DNA of 64,000 nt from an uncultured Bdellovibrionales bacterium. GTDB lineage: Bacteria; Patescibacteriota; Minisyncoccia; Moranbacterales; GWC2-37-73. The stretch's first letter is position 1. Each line of letters starts with the position of its first letter. Of the stretch, positions 18,581 to 28,310 are shown in pieces. Below the pieces are notes generated by a model, which saw only the letters and a program-made list of their open reading frames with translations, was not told where the DNA came from and searched no databases. The position numbers and the translations under genes are program-made. Where the stretch lies: the NCBI GenBank assembly GCA_964609855.1, contig CAZSTB010000006.1, forward strand, positions 365 to 64,364, given 5' to 3'.

Positions 18581-20053
18581 ATGGAGCAAGTAACTATGAA
18601 AAATAAAATAAAAAACAAAATTCGGGTAATGATGTTGATTTTAGCAGTTGTGATAGTCCCGCTTTTTTCAGGATGTGGCGCTGAGCCTCAGGCTGGTTAT
18701 CTTGTGAATCTTGAAATTTGGGGAATATTTGATGACTCCACTGTTTATTCGCAAATAATAAATGATTACAAGATGATTAATCCCTACGTGGGAGAAATTA
18801 AATATCGAAAATTTTCAGAAGATACTTACAAACAAGAACTTATTGATGCCTTAGCATCCGGCACTGGGCCAGATATTTTTCTGATCAATAATGGTTGGCT
18901 TCCAGCTTTTCAAAATAAGGTTGAGCCTGCACCCTCGCCAATTGTCGGAGAAATTGATATGAAAAATAATTTTCCCGATATTGTTGCAGGAGATTTTATG
19001 AGTGAAGGAAAGGCATATGCTGTGCCGCTTAGTCTAGATTCGATGGCACTTTATTATAATAAAGACATGTTTAATGCTGCTGGAATTACAGCTCCACCTA
19101 AAACCTGGCAAGAATTTGATAATGCTGTAGCTAAATTGACTGTAATTGATTCCGTTGGAAACTTTAAACAATCAGGAGCTGCTTTTGGCACAGGTAGAAA
19201 CATAAATCGTTCCGCGGATATTTTTAGCATGCTTATGTTTCAAGCAGGAGTGGACTTGCCAACAAAAAAGGGGGTGCAAGTTAAATTAGATGAGGGGGTT
19301 ATTGGCGGAGATGGCAATGTTACCCAGGCTGGTGAAACCGCACTTGGGTATTATACCAAGTTTGCCAAGCTTTCAACTGAAAATAATATGCTAAATCCTT
19401 TGTATACCTGGAACTCAAGGAACCAATATTCAATAGATGCTTTTGCTGAAGGTAGTGCAGCAATGATGTTTAATTACTCTTGGCAGATGGCTGCCATTAA
19501 AAACATGAATTCAAAGCTGAATTTTGCAGTTGCTCCCGTTCCTCAACTGTATCCAGAAAAACCAGTTACGGTTGGTAATTATTGGGGGTTTGCAGTAGCG
19601 AAAAATAAGTTGACTCCCGTGACCCGGGCAGCGTCTGGGCAGGCAGCAGCTCCCGCGATACCAAATGAAATTCGCACCCATGAAGCATGGCAATTTTTAA
19701 GATTCCTAACTCTAAAGAATAATAAAGTTGTAACCCTATATAACGCAGTAACGAAAAATAAAAAAGATTTCCCCGTAAATATTGATCCTGCTCAGGAATA
19801 TCTAAAAAAGACAAAGCAACCGGCAGCTAGACGTGATCTGATTGATCTGCAAAAAAACGACAGCACGCTTAGTGTTTTTGCTACAGGCAATTTGATTGCA
19901 AAGCATTGGTATCAGGCTGATCAAGCATCAATTGATAACATTCTCATTGAGATGATAGAATCAGTGAACAGGGGCGATGTCTCCTACCATGACGCGTTAT
20001 CTTTAGCTAAAAATAGAATAAATTACCTCTCGCAAGGAAGCACCTCCAGATAA
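18581..20053 (+). CDS. extracellular sugar-type solute-binding lipoprotein (start possibly 18596)
   Basis: LFSGC lipobox; LASGTGPDIF, YAVPLS.D..ALYYNKD.F, PP.TW.EF, F..G.AAM motifs. Confidence 0.88.
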   Translation: MEQVTMKNKIKNKIRVMMLILAVVIVPLFSGCGAEPQAGYLVNLEIWGIFDDSTVYSQIINDYKMINPYVGEIKYRKFSEDTYKQELIDALASGTGPDIFLINNGWLPAFQNKVEPAPSPIVGEIDMKNNFPDIVAGDFMSEGKAYAVPLSLDSMALYYNKDMFNAAGITAPPKTWQEFDNAVAKLTVIDSVGNFKQSGAAFGTGRNINRSADIFSMLMFQAGVDLPTKKGVQVKLDEGVIGGDGNVTQAGETALGYYTKFAKLSTENNMLNPLYTWNSRNQYSIDAFAEGSAAMMFNYSWQMAAIKNMNSKLNFAVAPVPQLYPEKPVTVGNYWGFAVAKNKLTPVTRAASGQAAAPAIPNEIRTHEAWQFLRFLTLKNNKVVTLYNAVTKNKKDFPVNIDPAQEYLKKTKQPAARRDLIDLQKNDSTLSVFATGNLIAKHWYQADQASIDNILIEMIESVNRGDVSYHDALSLAKNRINYLSQGSTSR

Positions 20054-20070
20054 TAGTTTAATCTAACACG

Positions 20071-20550
20071 ATGAAAAAATATTATAAAAAATTTAATAGC
20101 AATAGCGTTTTTTCAGCTAGCTTTAAGGTTGCATTAGTAGCTGTTTTTGCAGTTTTCTTGTTGACCTTGCCCCTTACTAGAATTGAAGCTGCTGAAAGTA
20201 TTGTTTCTTGTGGTAGATCAGATCAGAGCATGTGCACGCTGTGTGACATAATAAAGGGCATGAATATCATCATAAAATATTTGATGCAAATTTCTATTGG
20301 GGTGGCGCTTTTGGCTATAACTATCGGAGGTGTCATGTATATTATTTCTCCTGCTGATAAGGGAATGGTAGAAATGGGAAAAAAAGCGATGACCAACGCA
20401 TTTATCGGTTTCGCACTTATTTTTGCTGGATATTTGATTATAAATACAACTATTCAATATATCGGAACTAGACCTGGGATGGGCGTAAAAAGTGCGAATA
20501 GTACATTCCTATGGTCGAATTTTGATTGCAGCGCTCCTGCTGGAAAATAA
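20071..20550 (+). CDS. TrbC/VirB2-like pilin
   Basis: signal; CG....C.LC; TM-GG.MYI.S....M...GK..MTNA.IG-TM core. Confidence 0.8.
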   Translation: MKKYYKKFNSNSVFSASFKVALVAVFAVFLLTLPLTRIEAAESIVSCGRSDQSMCTLCDIIKGMNIIIKYLMQISIGVALLAITIGGVMYIISPADKGMVEMGKKAMTNAFIGFALIFAGYLIINTTIQYIGTRPGMGVKSANSTFLWSNFDCSAPAGK

Positions 20551-20579
20551 TATAAAAACAGAATTTAATTTAAAAATTT

Positions 20580-21710
20580 ATGAAGAGTAAAAAGATTCTC
20601 GTATTAGCGGCACTTTATTTTTTAAGCGTATTTTTTGCCATAGATGATGCGAAAGCAGTCACAGAATGCACAAATAATCCGTCAATTTGTTCAGGTGGGA
20701 CCATATGCGCAGATGCTGGTTACGGACTCAAGACCTGTATTCAACCAAAAAATATTGGAAGCGCATGTAGTGAAAATGTAGAATGTGAGAGCGGAAATTG
20801 CGCAGATGCCGGTTATAATTTAAAAACATGTCAACTGGGAAGTGTTACTTTGCCTGCGAATGATTCCGATTTATGCAAAAGTTATAACATTAACTTCGCA
20901 TGTCGAAATGTTGATACTCTCTCTACATCAAGTGGTTGTCAAACTGGAAAATGTCCAGGAGCTGCCAATATTCAGTGTTGTCCCGAAAGCACTCCTCTTA
21001 AAGTGATTGCACCTATTGAAAATAGTTCGGAATGCTCAAATTTCAATGCCAATAATACTTGTACGAACATAAATACCTTGGCTAGCACCAGTGGTTGTCA
21101 AACTGGAAAATGTCCTGGAGCTGCTAATATTCAGTGTTGTCCTAAAAATGCTCCCTTGAAGCCAAATAATGGCTCAAATGAAACTGGTGGTTCAACAACC
21201 TTTACAAATCCACTCAAGTTTAATACTGTCGAATCTTTTCTGACCACTATCATGAGTGCGATCCAGCGGATCATTGTTTCGCTAGCGTTAGTGTTTATTG
21301 TAATCGGCGCATTGATGTATATATCTGCAGGGGCAAGTCCTGGTAATGCAGAAAAAGGAAAGGAGGCTATTACAATGGCTCTTGTTGGTTTAGCGATTGG
21401 AATTGCGGCGCCGTCCCTACTCAAAGAACTTGGATCTGTTTTAGGCTGGGGCGGTGTTGATAGTAGCGCCGTTGCTGGAGCTTTGACTTTATCACAGATT
21501 GCGATTAAGATTTTGAATTTCCTGTTAAGTATAACCGGTATTTTATCATTAATCATGTTGGTTATCGGAGCGATTATGTATCTTACTTCTGCAGGTGACT
21601 CGGATCGAATAAGTAAAGGCAAGGATATTTTCAAATATTCGTTGCTTGGTGTTATTATTGCAATGTCCGCAATGATTTTAGTACAGCAGATTGCGACGCT
21701 GTTTTCATAA
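20580..21710 (+). CDS. pilin with Cys-rich repeat head and two tandem VirB2-like cores
   Basis: signal; CADAGY.LKTC x2; SGCQTGKCPGAANIQCCP x2; NPL; two GA.MY..SAG....KGK...G units. Confidence 0.8.
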   Translation: MKSKKILVLAALYFLSVFFAIDDAKAVTECTNNPSICSGGTICADAGYGLKTCIQPKNIGSACSENVECESGNCADAGYNLKTCQLGSVTLPANDSDLCKSYNINFACRNVDTLSTSSGCQTGKCPGAANIQCCPESTPLKVIAPIENSSECSNFNANNTCTNINTLASTSGCQTGKCPGAANIQCCPKNAPLKPNNGSNETGGSTTFTNPLKFNTVESFLTTIMSAIQRIIVSLALVFIVIGALMYISAGASPGNAEKGKEAITMALVGLAIGIAAPSLLKELGSVLGWGGVDSSAVAGALTLSQIAIKILNFLLSITGILSLIMLVIGAIMYLTSAGDSDRISKGKDIFKYSLLGVIIAMSAMILVQQIATLFS

Positions 21711-21801
21711 ATTGCATTTTTTTGAATACTTGAAAAAGTGAAGTATAATGAAGATGTGGAAATGAATTAGGGAAAAATATAAAAAATAAAAATATTCAAA
21801 A

Positions 21802-22251
21802 ATGTTAATCAGCGTTCCGCAATATATTGACGTAGAGGATAAAATCGTCGGCCCACTTACTGCAAAGCAATTGGGAATGTTTATCGGTCTTGGGGTAGCG
21901 ATGCTTGTTTTATGGAATGTTGTTCCTAAGCCGGTATTTTTTATCATAGCCTTGCCGATGTTGATCTTTGTAATCGCCCTGGCATTTTTTCGGCCATATG
22001 GACAACCATTGGGAAGTTTTTTACTTTTTGGACTTTTTTATTTCTTCAGACCAAAAGTTTATATTTGGAAAAGAATGCCACAAAATGTTATAAACATTCC
22101 GCAGAAAGAAAAAGTAGTAGATGTGAAAACGGAAGAAAAGCAAATTACGGCTCAGTCCTTGAGTGATTTGGCGCGGATGCTGGATAGTGAGGGTACTGCT
22201 CAAATTGAAGGAATAGAAGATATATTAAAAAAGGAACCTCGGAAGAAATAA
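21802..22251 (+). CDS. PrgI family protein
   Basis: VPQYIDVEDKIVGPLT.KQ, two TM, RP..Y.W. Confidence 0.88.
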   Translation: MLISVPQYIDVEDKIVGPLTAKQLGMFIGLGVAMLVLWNVVPKPVFFIIALPMLIFVIALAFFRPYGQPLGSFLLFGLFYFFRPKVYIWKRMPQNVINIPQKEKVVDVKTEEKQITAQSLSDLARMLDSEGTAQIEGIEDILKKEPRKK

Positions 22252-22364
22252 AAAAATCAGTTAATTGAGAGGGAGCAATATTTTTTTAATTAAGCTTGAG
22301 CGATCTCAAACCTTATTTAAAAAAGTTAAGCTTATTCTCAAATAAATTTTGTTTAAACAAAAAA

Positions 22365-23054
22365 ATGGAATCATTGCATTCAAATAGTCTGACAAGTGGT
22401 AGTACTGGCGGCCTTAGCACTCAGAAATATGTGGACGTAGAAGAGGTCAGAGATGGTGTTATCATGCTGAAGAACGGGTCAATGCGCGGCGTTCTTATGG
22501 TCTCGTCTATTAATTTTGATCTAAAAGCCTCTGAAGAACAAGATTCAATAATCAGCCAATATCAAAATTTTCTCAACTCCTTGGATTTTCCAATTCAAAT
22601 TGTCATTAGTTCGAGAAAACTGAATGTAAATCCTTATTTGGATTATTTGAAGAAAAAAGAAGCTGAGCTTTCAAATGAACTCTTAATCTTGCAACTTGGA
22701 GAATATAGAAATTTTATAAAAAGCTTAGCAGAGGTATCAAGTATTATGTCTAAGTATTTTTATGTTGTAGTTCCGTTTTATCCGGTAGAAAATACGAAAT
22801 CAGGAATATTGGACAGATTATTCGGCTCAACAAATTCTCAAATGGCGGTCTCAAGGCGGCGCGCGCTGTTTGATACCTATAAGAACCAGCTTTGGCAAAG
22901 ACTCGATCATGTAAGTGCTGGACTTGGGAGTACTGGAGTAAAAGTGACTGCACTTAAAACGGAGGAACTGATTGAACTTCTATATAATTCCTATAATCCC
23001 TCCACGCAGAGTAATACAATTATTAAGGATACCGATAAAGTTGAGTTGCGATAG
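22365..23054 (+). CDS. TraC/VirB4-N-terminal-like T4SS accessory protein (ORF track start 22296)
   Basis: STQ..V...EVRDG..MLKNG....L.VSSINF.LK..EEQ..I...YQ.FLNSLDFPIQI; between prgI and virB4. Confidence 0.75.
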   Translation: MESLHSNSLTSGSTGGLSTQKYVDVEEVRDGVIMLKNGSMRGVLMVSSINFDLKASEEQDSIISQYQNFLNSLDFPIQIVISSRKLNVNPYLDYLKKKEAELSNELLILQLGEYRNFIKSLAEVSSIMSKYFYVVVPFYPVENTKSGILDRLFGSTNSQMAVSRRRALFDTYKNQLWQRLDHVSAGLGSTGVKVTALKTEELIELLYNSYNPSTQSNTIIKDTDKVELR

Positions 23055-23153
23055 TGCAGATTATGCAATTTAGCATAGGATAAGATTTTAAACTAATTCA
23101 ATATAGCTAAATAAATTTAAATTGACCAATGGTCATTTATATTAAATAACGGG

Positions 23154-24977
23154 ATGTTTGGACAAAATAAAACTCAAAAACCAAAAGTTGAAACAAACGC
23201 AGTTCTTCAAAGTGAAGCGCTATATCAACGCGGAGTTGCAACTATTAAGGACCTGATAGCACCATCAGCAATGAAAATAGGTGCTGATAATCTGCAGATC
23301 GGCGAAACTTATGCTAGGACTCTGTTTATTGTTGCTTATCCAAGATATCTTCATACGAATTGGTTTTCTCCGATTATAAACATCGATTTTTCAATGGACA
23401 CATCCATGTTTGTGCACCCAATTGATACCTCAGAGATTTTGAAAAACCTGAGAAAAAGCTCAACACAGGTGCAATCGCAAATCCACATGGAGGAACAATC
23501 AGGAAAAATTCGCGATCCGATTTTGGAAACTGCCTTGCAGGATATTGAAGATTTGCGGGATAAATTAATGCAGGGAACTGAAAAGTTCTTCCGGTTTGGT
23601 TTGTATATTACCATTTATGGAAAAACGCTGGAAGAATTAAACAAAGCGAATCAGCAGATAGAATCTATTTTAGAGGCCCAGTTGGTGTACCTTAAGCCAG
23701 CGGTATTAAAGGTGGAGCAGGGCTTTGCTTCAACGTTGCCATTAGCGAATGATGAACTGGATGTTGCAAACAATCTTAACACCGCACCGCTTTCAACAAC
23801 ATTTCCATTCGTTTCAGCTGATCTCTCATCAAATGAGGGAATTCTTTATGGAATAAACCGTCATAATAACAGCTTGATTTTGTTTGATCGTTTCAAAATG
23901 GAAAATGCCAACATGGTTGTTTTTGCGAAGTCTGGAGGAGGTAAAAGTTATACCGTAAAATTAGAGATTTTCCGGTCACTGATGGTTGGTACGAATGTAA
24001 TTGTAATCGATCCTGAAAATGAATATAAATATCTTTGCGAAACAGTCGGGGGAACTTTTATTAAGCTATCTTTAAATTCTGCATTTCACCTTAACCCATT
24101 TGATCTTCCTAATGTCGGTGAGGATGAAGATCCTGAGGATGTATTACGTTCAAATATCGCTAGTCTTATCGGCTTGCTGCATATCATGCTTGGGGCAGTT
24201 ACTCCTGAAGAGGATTCGATTTTAGATATCGCAATTCGCGAAACTTATGCAATGAGAGACATTACGCCACAAAGTAATTTCAAATCCTTTAATTCCAGCT
24301 CTTTCCCTACGATGTCTGACCTATACTCGGTAATCAGAAATTCCGAAGGAGGCGAATCCGTCGCAAAACGTTTAGAGAAATACACGGAAGGTATTTTCGC
24401 TGGAGTGCTTAATCACACGACAAATGTGCAAATTTCCAATCAACTTGTAGTTTTCAATATTCGCGATCTTGAAGAACAGCTGAGACCGATTGCGATGTAT
24501 ACTATCTTGCAATTTATTTGGAATGAGATGCGCTCAACCTTGAAAAAAAGAATCGTGGTTGTCGATGAAGCATGGGTAATGATGCAGAATGATGATGCTG
24601 CCTCATTCCTCTTTGGAATTGCAAAGCGTTGTCGTAAATATTACACAGGTCTAACAACTATCACTCAGGATATTGCCGACTTCATGAGCTCACGCTATGG
24701 AAAGCCTATTGTAACAAACTCCTCGCTGCAATTATTACTAAGGCAATCTCCTGCTGCTATTGAAACCATTTCGGATACTTTTTACCTTACAGAGCAGGAA
24801 AAGTTTCTTTTACTTGAAAGTAATGTTGGAGAAGGAATTTTGTTTGCCGGAGCTAAGCATGTGGCAATCAAAGTCATCGCTTCTTATGCAGAAGATCAGA
24901 TTATTACTTCAGATCCTCGCCAGCTTGTAGAGATAGAACAAGCCAAGAAAGAATTTGATGAAGAAGAAGGCAACTAG
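23154..24977 (+). CDS. VirB4/TraC-like secretion ATPase
   Basis: LYGIN.HN, Walker A AKSGGGKS, IDPENEY, Walker B VVVDEAW, R.RKY, ITQD. Confidence 0.92.
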   Translation: MFGQNKTQKPKVETNAVLQSEALYQRGVATIKDLIAPSAMKIGADNLQIGETYARTLFIVAYPRYLHTNWFSPIINIDFSMDTSMFVHPIDTSEILKNLRKSSTQVQSQIHMEEQSGKIRDPILETALQDIEDLRDKLMQGTEKFFRFGLYITIYGKTLEELNKANQQIESILEAQLVYLKPAVLKVEQGFASTLPLANDELDVANNLNTAPLSTTFPFVSADLSSNEGILYGINRHNNSLILFDRFKMENANMVVFAKSGGGKSYTVKLEIFRSLMVGTNVIVIDPENEYKYLCETVGGTFIKLSLNSAFHLNPFDLPNVGEDEDPEDVLRSNIASLIGLLHIMLGAVTPEEDSILDIAIRETYAMRDITPQSNFKSFNSSSFPTMSDLYSVIRNSEGGESVAKRLEKYTEGIFAGVLNHTTNVQISNQLVVFNIRDLEEQLRPIAMYTILQFIWNEMRSTLKKRIVVVDEAWVMMQNDDAASFLFGIAKRCRKYYTGLTTITQDIADFMSSRYGKPIVTNSSLQLLLRQSPAAIETISDTFYLTEQEKFLLLESNVGEGILFAGAKHVAIKVIASYAEDQIITSDPRQLVEIEQAKKEFDEEEGN

Positions 24978-24983
24978 GGAATT

Positions 24984-25110
24984 AATTTCAATTCGCCAGC
25001 TGGCGAATCAATTTTCAATTTTCAATTTTCAATTTTCAACGAGTCCATTTATTACTTGATTTGGTTGGGGAATAAATATCAAATTGAATTATTGAATTAT
25101 GTGGAATTGT
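24984..25110. repeat. heptamer array (aattttc x4) containing a perfect 18-bp palindrome
   Basis: ATTCGCCAGCTGGCGAAT at 24991-25008 inside the array; degenerate inverted arm near 25080-25110. Confidence 0.65.
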
Positions 25111-25118
25111 GTTATTGC

Positions 25119-25718
25119 ATGGGAAATGCGGCTGAAAAGTACGATGAAGAAAATTTAGGTGAAAAGATAACACACGCGAAATTGAATCCCGCCAGTTTTA
25201 ACGTGCCTAAAAATGGAAGTAGCGATAATTATGGAGCAGCTGAAAAAGATGCGGATAGTGGAGAAAGTGATTCGCAAAGACTCAATAATGCTAGACAAAA
25301 AAATAACGTTAGTAAATCTCTCAATGATGCGAAAGAATTAGCAAAAAACGCAACCCCGATGGGTGCAATCTCTCTGTTGGGTCATATACATTTTTTGGGC
25401 GATATGCCATACGTGGCTGCCTTGGGCGCTGCAATTTTAAAAGATATTTTAGACTTGGTTTTCGTGGGATCATTGCCAGGGTTAGGGACCGTAATTACAA
25501 TTCTCTGCTCGGTTTTTATCGCAATGATGATGATGCTTGTAGGTTCAGGCGGAAAGCGAAAGGCGGTAAGCGGAATGTTAAAAAAATTTGGAACACTCTT
25601 GGCAGGGACGTTGGCAGAAGGAGTCATTCCTGGAATTAATTTTTTACCGATGGAATCGATAATGGTTGCATCTGTCTATGTAATGACGCTTACAGAAAGA
25701 AAAAATGAAGGCGACTGA
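25119..25718 (+). CDS. hypothetical membrane protein of the T4SS-like locus (ORF track start 25056)
   Basis: KD.LD TM hairpin and E..IPGINFLP motif; follows virB4. Confidence 0.7.
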   Translation: MGNAAEKYDEENLGEKITHAKLNPASFNVPKNGSSDNYGAAEKDADSGESDSQRLNNARQKNNVSKSLNDAKELAKNATPMGAISLLGHIHFLGDMPYVAALGAAILKDILDLVFVGSLPGLGTVITILCSVFIAMMMMLVGSGGKRKAVSGMLKKFGTLLAGTLAEGVIPGINFLPMESIMVASVYVMTLTERKNEGD

Positions 25719-25810
25719 AGTTCATAAGCTTTTTAAAGTTCATAAGTTATGGCGTAAATAGTTCACGCTAACTTGCAATCTTTAAAAATTTTAAAAACTC
25801 TATTTAACAT

Positions 25811-27337
25811 ATGTCTTCAAAAATTTATTCTGCCGCAACAATCGGCTTGGATGGTGAAATTGTTGAAGTTGAGGTGGACGTCTTAGGTGCTGGTCTACAT
25901 AATTTCACTATTGTGGGACTTCCTGATGTTGCCATCAAGGAATCGCGTGACAGAGTTAGTAGCGCGATTAAAAACAGTGGTTTTAAGCCGCCACATCAAT
26001 GCGGAAGAGTTACGGTTAATCTTGCTCCGGCTGATTTGCCAAAGGCGAGTCCGATTTATGATCTACCGATAGCCATTGGACTTTTACTGGCAACAAAGCA
26101 GCTGCAATTTGATAGCAATTCAAAGCTGCTTGTAGGCGAACTCTCTTTGGATGGAAGAGTGCGTTCCATTCAAGGGATTTTATCTATAACGCTACTAGCA
26201 AAGGAAAAAGGTTTTGAGGAATTGTATGTTCCCTCTGAAAATGCAGCTGAAGCGAGTGTAGTTAAAGGGATAAATATTATTCCAGTCGAAACGCTGTATG
26301 GACTCTGTGTGCATTTTTCTGGACCGAAGAAGTTGGCATATTATCCGCAAATTGACGGAGAAGCACTCTTTGATTGCTTGGAATATCCCAATGACATGGC
26401 GCATATAAGTGGTCAACAACATGCCAAAAGGGCATTGGAAATTGCGGCGGCAGGCGGGCATAATGTAATTTTAAATGGACCTCCTGGTAGCGGAAAAACC
26501 TTGCTTGCAAAAGCCATGCCGACGATTTTGCCACGACTAACTTTAGTGGAATCATTGGAAATTACGAAAATATTTTCCGTAGCAGGAAAACTGCATAAGG
26601 GGCAGTCGCTTGTAACCACACGCCCGTACAGAGCGCCGCACCATAGTGCAAGCAGTGTGTCATTGATTGGCGGAGGTTCTTATCCGCGGCCTGGAGAAAT
26701 CAGTTTGGCACACAGGGGTGTGCTGTTTCTGGATGAGTTCGCAGAATTTCCCAAAAGTGTCTTGGAGAATTTGCGCCAGCCACTTGAGGATGGTATGATA
26801 ACAATCTCAAGAGCAAAAGGCTCGCTGCACTTTCCTGCAAGATTTGTTTTGGTTGCCGCCATGAATCCCTGTTTTTGCGGAATGGCTACGGATCCTGAAA
26901 AGACATGTACATGCACACCGGCGCAGATAATCAGATATCAGCAAAAAATTTCCGGTCCAATTTTAGATCGCATCGATCTGCATATTGAAGTTCCGAGACT
27001 GAGTTTTGATAAGCTACAAGAAAACACAAATGAAGAAAAAAGTGAGACGATCCGTAAGCGGGTAGAATCAGCAAGGAAACTTCAGGCTAAAAGATTCCAG
27101 GAATTGAATATTATTTCGAACAGTGAAATGTCTTCAGACCAAATCAGAATTTTCTGCGAGTTGGATGAACAATCAAAAGAATTATTAAAAAGCGCTGTTT
27201 CGGCTTTAAAATTGAGTGCTCGCGGCTATCATCGGATAATTAAAATCGCCAGAACGATCGCTGATTTGGCCGGTAGTGAGGCAATTTTAGCTCAGCATAT
27301 TGGAGAGGCGATTCAATACCGGTTTAAAAGTGAATAG
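25811..27337 (+). CDS. comM: YifB/ComM Mg-chelatase-like AAA+ ATPase
   Basis: IVGLPD.AIKES.DRV, NLAPADLPK, GELSLDG, GPPGSGKT, PGEISLAHRGVLFLDE, LSARGY.R. Confidence 0.93.
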   Translation: MSSKIYSAATIGLDGEIVEVEVDVLGAGLHNFTIVGLPDVAIKESRDRVSSAIKNSGFKPPHQCGRVTVNLAPADLPKASPIYDLPIAIGLLLATKQLQFDSNSKLLVGELSLDGRVRSIQGILSITLLAKEKGFEELYVPSENAAEASVVKGINIIPVETLYGLCVHFSGPKKLAYYPQIDGEALFDCLEYPNDMAHISGQQHAKRALEIAAAGGHNVILNGPPGSGKTLLAKAMPTILPRLTLVESLEITKIFSVAGKLHKGQSLVTTRPYRAPHHSASSVSLIGGGSYPRPGEISLAHRGVLFLDEFAEFPKSVLENLRQPLEDGMITISRAKGSLHFPARFVLVAAMNPCFCGMATDPEKTCTCTPAQIIRYQQKISGPILDRIDLHIEVPRLSFDKLQENTNEEKSETIRKRVESARKLQAKRFQELNIISNSEMSSDQIRIFCELDEQSKELLKSAVSALKLSARGYHRIIKIARTIADLAGSEAILAQHIGEAIQYRFKSE

Positions 27338-27344
27338 ACAAAAA

Positions 27345-28310
27345 ATGCGTAAGCAAGGTTTTAAAAAAATAAATTATAAAAAATCAGCAATAATTATTGG
27401 TGTTTTTTTATGTTTTACCGTTTTTAAAATTTCTTTTGCGCAGGAATCTTCACAAATTTTTAGCACCGCAGTGAAGAAAATTATAATCAATGATGAAGGT
27501 CTTGCTTTCCAAGTTCATTCTGAGGCTGAAACAGTCGAACAGTTTTTAAGGGAAAATGAAATCGAGTTAAGCAAAGATGACCAAGTTTTACCGGAAAAAA
27601 CTGAAAAAATATATTCAGGATCGCGAATTTTCATACACCGTGCCAAAAAAATTACCATCAAAGAAGGTGGCAAAGTTAAGGAGGTCATCACCTTTCAAAA
27701 CAATGTAGAAAAGGCTATTTGGGAAAATAAAGACATTGAATTGGGCGCTGATGATATTACCAAGCCAAGCAGACAAGCATTTATTAAGGACGGCTCGGTT
27801 ATAAATATAACGCATGTGCTAATAAAAGAAGAGATTGAACATGAGGATATCGCTTTTAAAACCGTTTCGAATGAGGACGATAAAATGGGGTGGCGTGAAA
27901 AGAAAGTCACGCAAAAAGGCGAAAAAGGTAAAAGAGAAGTGAAATATAAAGTGGTTTATAATGATGGAAAAGAAATTTCTCGAAAAGTTTTAGATAAAAC
28001 TACGCTTAAAGAGCCAGTTGAGGAGATTGTCACCCAGGGAACATATGTTAAAGTAGGAAAGGTTCATACGGGAGCTGCTAGTTGGTATGCATGGACGGGA
28101 ACGATGGCTGCAGCTAATCCTTGGCTTCCGATGGGAAGTTATGTTAGGGTTACAAATAAGGCAAACGGTAAGCAGGTAATTGTTAAAATAAATGACCGTG
28201 GCCCTTTTGGTCCAGGGCGAATAATTGATTTGGATAAAGTTGCTTTTGCACAAATAGCCTCGATCGGCGCAGGAGTTGTGGATGTAAAAATGGAAGTGAT
28301 TATCAATTAG
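27345..28310 (+). CDS. DUF348-G5-RlpA (YabE-like) cell-wall protein (ORF track start 27300)
   Basis: two ubiquitin-like DUF348 repeats, G5 (Q.G..G...V.Y..V..DGKE), RlpA ASWY..LP.G...V.INDRGPF..RIIDL. Confidence 0.88.
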   Translation: MRKQGFKKINYKKSAIIIGVFLCFTVFKISFAQESSQIFSTAVKKIIINDEGLAFQVHSEAETVEQFLRENEIELSKDDQVLPEKTEKIYSGSRIFIHRAKKITIKEGGKVKEVITFQNNVEKAIWENKDIELGADDITKPSRQAFIKDGSVINITHVLIKEEIEHEDIAFKTVSNEDDKMGWREKKVTQKGEKGKREVKYKVVYNDGKEISRKVLDKTTLKEPVEEIVTQGTYVKVGKVHTGAASWYAWTGTMAAANPWLPMGSYVRVTNKANGKQVIVKINDRGPFGPGRIIDLDKVAFAQIASIGAGVVDVKMEVIIN

